A DNA stretch of 63,002 nt, counting the filler, from Octopus bimaculoides (Eukaryota): NCBI RefSeq assembly GCF_001194135.2. It is 4 parts of 4 records of this genome, joined end to end, with 100 filler letters (N's around TTAATTAATTAA, not from the genome) between each part and the next. Parts side by side here need not be neighbours in the genome. Positions count along the whole stretch, not along the records: positions 52,985 to 63,002 come from NC_068987.1; 3 more parts are not named here. The stretch is one strand, 5' to 3'. How positions within the stretch are numbered: position 1 is the first letter of the stretch; every line of letters begins with the position of its first letter. The notes beneath the pieces are model-generated. The model had not been told where the DNA came from. It did not search any database and worked only from the letters and a program-made list of their open reading frames with translations. A program made the translations under genes and the position numbers. This document shows, in pieces, positions 53,047 through 63,002 of this stretch.

Positions 53047-53368
53047 GTACATATTCATATATATATGTACATATATGTATATAAAAAAGGAATACAAAAA
53101 ATGTGACAAGAACACAAAACATCCAGACAGTTAGATGATACAAAAAATGGACAAGGACAGGTCATTCCGAGGTTTCTTTCCTCAGTCGAGTTCCAGATTA
53201 TCTTTGCAATTTCGGCTGGTTATACTTGAGATTGCTCCAATCTGGCCAGCCCCAAGGAAAAACTAAGCTAAGAGCATTAGATTCCTTGGAAGAAATCAAC
53301 GAATGTATATAAGACACACATACATAGACAGACACACACACACACACATACTCACAAACACACACTCA

Positions 53369-53430
<62 letters not shown>

Positions 53431-54414
53431 CACACTCACACACACAAGAATTAAGGAATGGAGTAGGTAAAATCCAGGTTACATATGTTTCATAACGAGC
53501 CAACCCTCAGAAGTGGCAAGTATCCGAGCAAGGTGTATAAACGCAGGCTTACTCTTCAGCCTAAGGGTATCTTAATTATACGAAGTTTACACTGTCGTTA
53601 GGAGGCACATGTTAACACAGGCTTCTTTCAGTTTCCATCCACCAAATCCATTCACAAGACTTTGGTTAGACCAAGGCTGTAATAGAAGATTTCTTACCAC
53701 ATAGCCATGCCTACATCTTTCTCTATACATATATACACGGGTGCACACACACATACACACACACACACGCAAATTTATTAATTAATATAATTTGTTTTAG
53801 TATTTTTGTCAGCAAACTTCTGGTTTTCTTTCCCACCTGACTGACATCATTCCAATCAAACCCAGTCACATTACACATCACACTTCATTTAAACTATTCC
53901 GTTCAATTCACTAACCATTTCAAATTAGTTTTATTTTCTATCATTTTAAACGAAGTTCAATCACCATTTGTTTGTTTTTCCACACACATTTCATTGTCTT
54001 GCATGGGCAAATGGTTGCCAAATGGACTTTTTCGTTGAACGGACTTATTGTCAAATGAGCTATTCAACTTGGAAGTAGCATAAAGACCAACTTAAATGAT
54101 ATACAAAATATGTAATGTTTATATATAATGTTTTTAAAGGATTTAAACATTATTCAACTTTATGTTTTGTTTATGAACTAATCATTAATAAATTTTATTG
54201 CTCAGTTTTGTGTTTTAGTATAATAATGAAGTGTATATATCATTGTTATAGCTTGTTTTTAAAATTTTATAACAAAATTTTTGTTTTCATATCATTGTAA
54301 CAAATGTTTTATTTGTATTGTGTATATATCAAATGCTATAGTGATGAAATTTGTGTGTGAGTGTACAGAGATAGATAGATAGATAATTTCACTAAATCAG
54401 CCATGAAATTATGT

Positions 54415-54785
54415 ATGCGTATGTATGTATGTATGTATGTATGTATGTATTTATGTATGTGTGTTTATGCATGTGTGTTTATGTATGTATATGCATGTAT
54501 GTGTGTATATGTATGTATGTATGTATGTGTGTATGTGTATGTATGTATGTATGTATGTATGTATGTTTGGATGCTTGTATATATGTTTGCATGTATGTAT
54601 GTTTGTATGTATGTTTGCATGTATGTATGCATGTATGTATGTAAGCATGCATGTGTGTATGTATATATGTATGTATGTATGTATGTTGGTATGTATGCTC
54701 GTATGTTTGTATGTATGTTTGTATGTATGTATGTATGCATGTATGTATGTGTGTATGTGTGTTGGTATGTATACATGTATGTATG
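54415..54785. repeat. Degenerate (ATGT)n tetranucleotide array
   Basis: Read directly. Runs into a gap. Confidence 0.95.
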
Positions 54786-55225
54786 NNNNNNNNNNNNNNN
54801 NNNNNNNNNNNNNNNNNNNNNNNNNNNNNNNNNNNNNNNNNNNNNNNNNNNNNNNNNNNNNNNNNNNNNNNNNNNNNNNNNNNNNNNNNNNNNNNNNNNN
54901 NNNNNNNNNNNNNNNNNNNNNNNNNNNNNNNNNNNNNNNNNNNNNNNNNNNNNNNNNNNNNNNNNNNNNNNNNNNNNNNNNNNNNNNNNNNNNNNNNNNN
55001 NNNNNNNNNNNNNNNNNNNNNNNNNNNNNNNNNNNNNNNNNNNNNNNNNNNNNNNNNNNNNNNNNNNNNNNNNNNNNNNNNNNNNNNNNNNNNNNNNNNN
55101 NNNNNNNNNNNNNNNNNNNNNNNNNNNNNNNNNNNNNNNNNNNNNNNNNNNNNNNNNNNNNNNNNNNNNNNNNNNNNNNNNNNNNNNNNNNNNNNNNNNN
55201 NNNNNNNNNATATATATATATATAC

Positions 55226-55624
55226 TCTTTTACTCTTTTACTTGTTTCAGTCATCTGACTGTGGCCATGCAGGAGCACCACCTTTAGTCAAACAAATCAA
55301 CCCCAGGACTTATTCTTTGTAAGCCTAGTACTTATTCTATCAGTCTTTTTTTGCCGAACCGCTAAGTTACAGGGACGTAAACACACCAACGTCGGTTGTC
55401 AAGCAATGTTGGGTGGGACAAACAGACACACAAACATATACACTCACAAACATATATATACATATATGACGGGCTTCTTTCAGTTTCTGTCTACCAAATC
55501 TACTCACAAGGCTTTGGTCAGCCCGAGGCTATAGTAGAAGACATTTGCCCAAGGTGCCACGCAGTGGGACTGAACCCTGGACCATGTGGTTGGTAAGCAA
55601 GCTACTTACCACACAACCACTCCT
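55226..55624 (-). mobile_element. Near full-length bipartite family A/C SINE
   Basis: tRNA-like head (gtggtaag...ggttcagtcccact) at 55624-55560, CORE-like ccttgggcaa, internal microsatellite, 3' half running to 55226. Confidence 0.85.
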
Positions 55625-56204
55625 TTCTCACTCTCTGCCACATCATACATGGATGTTAACTTAATCAAATAATTAATTAGTTAATTAGTTAAATGGTTAA
55701 CCTACTGGCTAATAATGATAAAAGAAGTGAAATTAAACTGGTGTGTGTTTATTATTTGCCTAGTGCTCCTCCTGAGATATATTAAAGTATCCTCCAACAC
55801 TTGAGAGTTCACATCAAATATCATGGACACTAAATGGAAAAACACCATATTTGAGTGTTTTACCTGAAGAAATCTATTGAAAAACAAGTAACTTTTTACA
55901 ACACCCATGATTCTTCAATGGAAATAGCGAAAATAAGAATTTATTGTTCAAGTTATTTTCTCTTAATTTTACTTTGAAATCCTCAAAAACAGCCCTTGAA
56001 TTTCTGTCAAGTCCTATTTTAGTTTTTCAGTAAAAAAAAAAAAACTGTTGAAATACAAATAATATTTTTTCAACATGAATGACTTTTCAAGGGAAATTTT
56101 TAAAAAAGAAATCCATTGTTTTCCAAGTTATTTTCGTTTAATTTTGCTTTGAAATCCTAAAACAACCTCTGGATTTCTTTGTTGACTCGCATTTTAGGCA
56201 GCAG

Positions 56205-56391
56205 TCATTATCACCATCATCATCATCATTTAACGTCTGCTTTCCATGCTGGCATGAGTTAGATGGTTTGACTGGAACTGGTAAGTTGGAGAGCTGCACC
56301 AGGTTCCAGTCTGATTTGGCATGGTCTCCACAGCTGGATGCCCTTCCTAACGCCAACTAATCCAAGAGTATAAAGGGTGCTTTTTACGTGA
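56205..56391 (-). mobile_element. SINE family D copy
   Basis: Reverse complement aligns to 45-223. Confidence 0.75.
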
Positions 56392-56400
56392 TTACTAATA

Positions 56401-56566
56401 GGCGCAGGAGCGGCTGTGTGGTAAGTAGCTTGCTTACCAACCACATGGTTCTGGGTTCAGTCCCACTGTATGGCACCTTGGGCAAGTGTCTTCTACTATA
56501 ACCTCGGGCCGACCAAAGCCTTGTGAGTGGATTTGGTAGACGGAAACTGAAAACAAGCCCATTGTA

Positions 56567-56617
<51 letters not shown>

Positions 56618-56655
56618 GTGTGTATATGTTTGTGTGCCTGTGTTTGTCCCCACAA
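56401..56655 (+). mobile_element. Family A/C SINE, 5' half plus microsatellite and start of the 3' half
   Basis: ggcgcaggagcggctgtgtggtaag...(TA)n...gtttgtcccc. Confidence 0.85.
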
Positions 56656-56869
56656 AGGACATCATATGTATGACAATGACACTAACACACACACACATAC
56701 ACAATACATACACACCTACACATACATACATGCATAATTAGTAAATATAAAGGGTTATAATCCAAACTGTGTCCTCATGAAGCACATCTATACATGTTTC
56801 TTTTTTCTACATGTATACTTTTGTGACTACTATTTTTAATGAAACATGTGTAACAAAAGACAATGAAAA

Positions 56870-57060
56870 ACCATTCTTCAAATTAAAGAGGGAAAATGTA
56901 GAATTTCAACCATGGCATATCTTGATGAAACTGCCAGAAGCTTATCAGAGAGATTGGAGGAGCATAGGAATGAGTACCATGATAAAAAACACTCATCAAT
57001 ACTCTATCCACATGCTACAAAATTTAAACAAAAATTATGTAGCAAAATAGGTATTGGTAT
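56870..57060 (+). mobile_element. GIY-YIG endonuclease relic, probably from a Penelope-like element
   Basis: Frame starting at 56918 reads YLDETARSLSERLEEH, matching YIGETxRxLxxRxxEH. Confidence 0.5.
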
Positions 57061-57314
57061 GACAAGAGCTGAAGTAGTCTACTAGATGTCTTATACTTTA
57101 TTAGTACAACAACCAAAAATAATACATTTGTTTCAGAGGAGACTTGCTGTCAAGTGTACAGATGTATATATATAGACGACACAGACATATTGTATAATAC
57201 AACTGAAGGAACATGAAGAGAATGCAATTAATAAAACCATAGATAAAATAAATGAAAAATATATAAGTATAACAGATAAAATATTTTAATTCTGTGAACA
57301 ATAAAAACAAAATG

Positions 57315-58000
57315 AAGACAGGTCATTTTCAGACATTGATGATGAGATTGAACTACAATAAAAAATGGATTAGGCATAGGAGTAGAACTTCATTCTTGCA
57401 AGACAGCTGTTAAAATAGTTGATCATATTGCAAAGAAATTCAAAATGAGATATTTACAAAGATACTTCAACAAAAATTTAGTCTGAATGATTTCGAGTCA
57501 GCCAGTTATCATTTTTGTGTCAATTTAAAAGAGCAATTTTTAACCAACAATTTTTCTTGATTTGGTTAAGTTGAAAGGACAGGATACAGAAACAATATAC
57601 ATTTCTACATTTCTGTTTCACAAAGTCTCCATTATGCAGGATTTGGTGATAAATATTTCAAAAATTAACTAATTGTATCTTGGTTTGATTGAGTAAGTGT
57701 AACGCTTGGCAAGAATTCAAGAGTGCTTAACTTAAGAATGGTTTTCTTGAAATCACAACAGTTTGGCACTGCTTGTACAATTCATTTTTAGATGATTCTA
57801 CTGAAGATATAAAACAAGTAAAATATTTCTTAACAAAAGAATATAGGATCTTTCACCAATCATGTAAAAACCAACTGGAACATATTAAAATTTTATGACA
57901 ACTTCGATTAGGATTCGTAAAAATTGGTAAACTTTAGAACCAATTTGGGCTTACTGAAGCCTTAAACTTGCTACCATGGTAGATGTGTGCAAAGACATTT
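57315..58000 (+). mobile_element. hAT-family transposase relic
   Basis: Collinear broken motifs: ELQ*KNGL..LHS..TAVKIVDHIAKEI, FLDLVKLKGQDTETIY, SVTLGKNS, WHCL, YRIFHQSCKNQLE. Confidence 0.7.
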
Positions 58001-59143
58001 CTTTGTGGTCAGATGTTCATCAGGCAATAAATTTAAATCCATGATAAACTGGAAAGATAATCAGATGTCAATTAAAAATTCTGTAATACAAAAAGAGAGA
58101 AGGGTACGTATGTAAGGTAATTAAATGGAATAATTTCTGAAGCATTTCAACGTATTGGGTTTGTTAAAAATAAGAAATATCTGAACCTTTCTCATTAAGG
58201 TCATCATCACCATCATCATCGTCATTGTTGTTGTCGTCATCATCATCATCATCATCATCATCATCACCATCATCATCGTCACTGTCATTATCATCGCTGT
58301 CAGCATCATATTCATCATTGTTGTTACTTACTATCACCACGATCACCATCACTGCAAACAGCAACAACAACAAACATAAAAACAAACAAGCACCACCACC
58401 ACCACAACCACTACCGCCACAACCCCACCACCACCAACAACAACAACAACAACAACTAAAAGAAATATTTCACAGTAGATTTGAAAATTACCTGAACCAA
58501 CCCACCCCCGACCCCCCTATTCCCCATAACAGTACACCCCTGAACCCCACTCCACCAACACTTAGAACGAACATAATNNNNNNNNNNNNNNNNNNNNNNN
58601 NNNNNNNNNNNNNNNNNNNNNNNNNNNNNNNNNNNNNNNNNNNNNNNNNNNNNNNNNNNNNNNNNNNNNNNNNNNNNNNNNNNNNNNNNNNNNNNNNNNN
58701 NNNNNNNNNNNNNNNNNNNNNNNNNNNNNNNNNNNNNNNNNNNNNNNNNNNNNNNNNNNNNNNNNNNNNNNNNNNNNNNNNNNNNNNNNNNNNNNNNNNN
58801 NNNNNNNNNNNNNNNNNNNNNNNNNNNNNNNNNNNNNNNNNNNNNNNNNNNNNNNNNNNNNNNNNNNNNNNNNNNNNNNNNNNNNNNNNNNNNNNNNNNN
58901 NNNNNNNNNNNNNNNNNNNNNNNNNNNNNNNNNNNNNNNNNNNNNNNNNNNNNNNNNNNNNNNNNNNNNNNNNNNNNNNNNNNNNNNNNNNNNNNNNNNN
59001 NNNNNNNNNNNNNNNNNNNNNNNNNNNNNNNNNNNNNNNNNNNNNNNNNNNNNNNNNNNNNNNNNNNNNNNNNNNNNNNNNNNNNNNNNNNNNNNNNGAT
59101 GATAATGAGGAGGAGGATGGTGATGGTGATGGTGAGGGTGATC

Positions 59144-59196
<53 letters not shown>

Positions 59197-61179
59197 GGTG
59201 GTGGTGATCATGGGAAGTAGTTCAAGGTAATTCTTTAAAACATATGAGATGGCTATGGATGGATTGTCTTTGATTGTAAGTTGAGTTAGTGGTTAAATGA
59301 CATGGACAACAGCAGCAGCAGCAACAACAACAACAACAGCAACAGCAGCAGCAGCAGTAATAGCAACATCACCTGCAGCAGCGACATCACTAGCAACAGC
59401 AACACCAACACCACCACCATCACCAGCTGCAGTAGCAACATCACTACCACCCTACATCGTCATCGTCATCGTCATCATCGGCGGCAGCAGCAGCAGCAGC
59501 AGCAGTGGCAACATCACCACCACCACACCACCACCACTACCATCATCATCATCATCATCATCGGTAGCAGCAGCAGCAGCAGCAGCAGCAGCAGTGGCTA
59601 GGATATCAGCCAATCTCTTTCTTTCATCAGACACTGATGTTATTTATCATCGTTGTTCATTTCATCTTTTCCTTCAGCTGAAAGAAGAAAAGATGTTTGT
59701 TGATTGTCCTTTCATGTCAGGCTTACATGTATGTTTAAATTAGACAGGGTGTATATACATGTGTGTGTGTAGCAGAGAGGCGTATTTAACTGTGTGCGGA
59801 TACATATATCCATCTATACATATGCATGTGGAAAAATGCATGAATTTATATGTGTGTGTGTGTGCGTGCGTGTGTATGTGTATATACGCTTGTGTGTATA
59901 GTGAATGTATAACTCTGTTCGTGTGTGTCTGTATGTATGTGTTTATGCGTGTATATGCTTGTGAGTGTGTATCTATGTCTGTACGAATGTGCCTTTTTAT
60001 ATAAGTATGTGAGTGAGTGTGTAACATACATACATATATGTGTGTGTCTTGTGTGTGTATGTGTATGTGTATGTGTGTGTGTGCATGTGTGTGTGTGGTG
60101 TGTAGGAAGTTCAGTGTGTCTCTAATAATGAATGAAAGCAAAGAGCTGTAGCTGCTTGCTAAAAGAAAGCAGCAACAACAGTCAGAGGAGTAGTATGAGG
60201 TGAGATGGTGCCTATACAATTCAGCATGTGTGTGTGTGTATATGTATGCATCTGCATGCATGACAGTGTGTTTGCATGTATGTATATATACATATAAAAT
60301 TTATAAATGGAAAGAGGTTTTTGATTTATACATTTTAATATATTAACATGATATTGTATTATTATTATTATAAAATAATATCATATAAATACAGATATTA
60401 TAATCCTACAATTGTTTCAATTCACGNNNNNNNNNNNNNNNNNNNNNNNNNNNNNNNNNNNNNNNNNNNNNNNNNNNNNNNNNNNNNNNNNNNNNNNNNN
60501 NNNNNNNNNNNNNNNNNNNNNNNNNNNNNNNNNNNNNNNNNNNNNNNNNNNNNNNNNNNNNNNNNNNNNNNNNNNNNNNNNNNNNNNNNNNNNNNNNNNN
60601 NNNNNNNNNNNNNNNNNNNNNNNNNNNNNNNNNNNNNNNNNNNNNNNTATATATATATATATATATATATATTCAGTGCCATGGGAATTTTGTGTGGAAA
60701 ATATGAGAACTTACAGAACTGATATCACGAAAAATTGATTTAATTTGATTAATTTCAATTTATTTCTCCTGTCTCTAAGCATGACTAAATCATCTTAAAG
60801 ATGATTGAAACTGGTAGCATATTTTGATAAAAATGTAAATACTTTTTCTCTTTTGTCCATGACAAAGTTCTCAAAACATTTTCTTCTCGTTTCAGTTTTC
60901 TTAATATAAATTTATTTGTATGAAACCCTTTAACATTTTCAGTTTACAATATGGTGGAATTTGAACTCAGAACTAAAGACAGATGAAACACCACCAAGCA
61001 TTTCGCCCGGCGTGCTAATGATTCCACCAGCTTGCCACCTTAATTAGAAATAAAATATTAACTAATGACATTATTATGAGCCACCTTGGGTACAGACATA
61101 TTCGATGGGGGTTGAACAGGGGTTGAACAATACTAAACATGACGACACCAAAAAAAACATCTTCTTTTTTGCTTCTTCT

Positions 61180-63002
61180 TCTCCTTCTCCTCCTTCTCTT
61201 TTTATGCGTCTTCAATCTCTTCCTTTTTCTCTTTCTTTTTTCTTTTTTCTCTTCTCTTTTTTCTTTTTCTTCCTTCCTCTTCCTTTCATAACTTTTCTCT
61301 CCCATCTTTTCTTTCTTTCTTCCTTCCCTTCTTTCTTCTTCTTCTTCTTCTTCTTCTTCTTCTTCCCCTTCTTCTTCTTCTTCTTCTTCTTCTTCATCTT
61401 CTTCTTCTTCTTCTTCTTCTTCCTTCTCCTCCTCCTCCTCCTCCCCCTNNNNNNNNNNNNNNNNNNNNNNNNNNNNNNNNNNNNNNNNNNNNNNNNNNNN
61501 NNNNNNNNNNNNNNNNNNNNNNNNNNNNNNNNNNNNNNNNNNNNNNNNNNNNNNNNNNNNNNNNNNNNNNNNNNNNNNNNNNNNNNNNNNNNNNNNNNNN
61601 NNNNNNNNNNNNNNNNNNNNNNNNNNNNNNNNNNNNNNNNNNNNNNNNNNNNNNNNNNNNNNNNNNNNNNNNNNNNNNNNNNNNNNNNNNNNNNNNNNNN
61701 NNNNNNNNNNNNNNNNNNNNNNNNNNNNNNNNNNNNNNNNNNNNNNNNNNNNNNNNNNNNNNNNNNNNNNNNNNNNNNNNNNNNNNNNNNNNNNNNNNNN
61801 NNNNNNNNNNNNNNNNNNNNNNNNNNNNNNNNNNNNNNNNNNNNNNNNNNNNNNNNNNNNNNNNNNNNNNNNNNNNNNNNNNNNNNNNNNNNNNNNNNNN
61901 NNNNNNNNNNNNNNNNNNNNNNNNATACGTCTCAAAAATGTTTGAAAAATTCAACTTTGTGTATTACATAATACACGAGATTTCCTCCTTCCTCTTCTTT
62001 TCCTTCTTCTTCCCCTTCTTCTTCTTCTTCTTCTTCTTCTTCTTCAACTTCTTCTACTTCTTCTATTTCTTCTATTTCTTCTTCTTTTTCTTCTTCTTCT
62101 TCTTCAACTTCTTGTTTTCTCCTCTTCTTTCTCCTCCTCCTTTTCTTCTTCTTCTTCTTCTTCTTCTCCTCCTCCTTCTTCTTCTTCTTCTCCTCCTCCT
62201 CCTCCTCCTCCTCCTTCTCTTCTTCTTCTCCTCCTCCTCCTTCTCCTCCTCCTCCTCCTCCTCCTCCTCCTCCTCCTTCTTTTTCCTCTTCTTCTTCTTC
62301 TTCTTCTTCTTCTATGATCTTGACTCTTCACCCAGTTGATCTTCAAATCTTTCATTCAATTCTTCTCAATAATCAAAACCATTTCAAATCTACTTCTTCC
62401 TCTTCTGTCACCTTCGCCATCTTTGCCATTTCTCCCCCACCCGCTTCCCGGCATCATGACAACCCTCCTCACCACCTGCCGACAACAACATCAGCATCAT
62501 TGCTATTGCTTCTGCTGCAAAGTGCCACAAACATCATCATCTTCATCATCATCATCACCATCGTCATCATCATCATCATCATCGTCGTCGTCGTCGTCGT
62601 CGTCGTCATCATCATCATTGTCATCATCATCATCATCATCATCATCATCGTCGTCGTCGTCGTCGTCGTCGTCATCATCATCATTGTCATNNNNNNNNNN
62701 NNNNNNNNNNNNNNNNNNNNNNNNNNNNNNNNNNNNNNNNNNNNNNNNNNNNNNNNNNNNNNNNNNNNNNNNNNNNNNNNNNNNNNNNNNNNTCATCATC
62801 ATCATCATCATCATCATCATCGTCGTCGTCGTCGTCGTCGTCATCATCATTATCATCATCAGATTGCCAACACCATCACCATCTTGACAATCACTACTGA
62901 CGTCACACTTGCCACCACCACAACCATCATCATCGATGCCACCACCACCACTACCACCATTATCACCACACCCACAATCAACACTGTCTCCACCACCACC
63001 AC
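61180..63002. repeat. (CTT/CCT)n and (CAT/CGT/CAC)n low-complexity tracts with gaps
   Basis: Read directly. Confidence 0.9.

Overview
Eukaryotic, AT-rich, microsatellite-dense genomic DNA with roughly 9 kb of N gaps. The repeat families and the tandem C2H2 gene point to a coleoid cephalopod, most likely Octopus (inference). Supported genes, both on the minus strand: (1) the last three coding exons of phosphatidylserine decarboxylase (PISD; 4754-4334, 3397-3237, 2597-2379), with in-phase splice sites, the LGST autocleavage motif and an unusual 34-codon Ser-rich insert. Its conserved upstream exon is not in the readable sequence. (2) A single-exon 359-aa C2H2 zinc-finger gene (15834-14755, 10 intact fingers). 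A 277-bp partial duplicate of this gene lies 2067 bp away and is joined to a TTAA-type MITE through a short (TTAGGG)n telomere-like run. That junction is the most unusual structure here. The rest is SINEs, MITE/foldback elements, a 91-bp mini-Helitron, relics of RTE LINE, Tc1, MULE, hAT and GIY-YIG elements, simple repeats, a few candidate regulatory islands and three artificial N44-TTAATTAATTAA-N44 scaffold linkers. I found no RNA genes or CRISPR arrays and no clearly new multi-gene system. The best hypothesis-level candidate is a shared first exon feeding either the zinc-finger gene or PISD.
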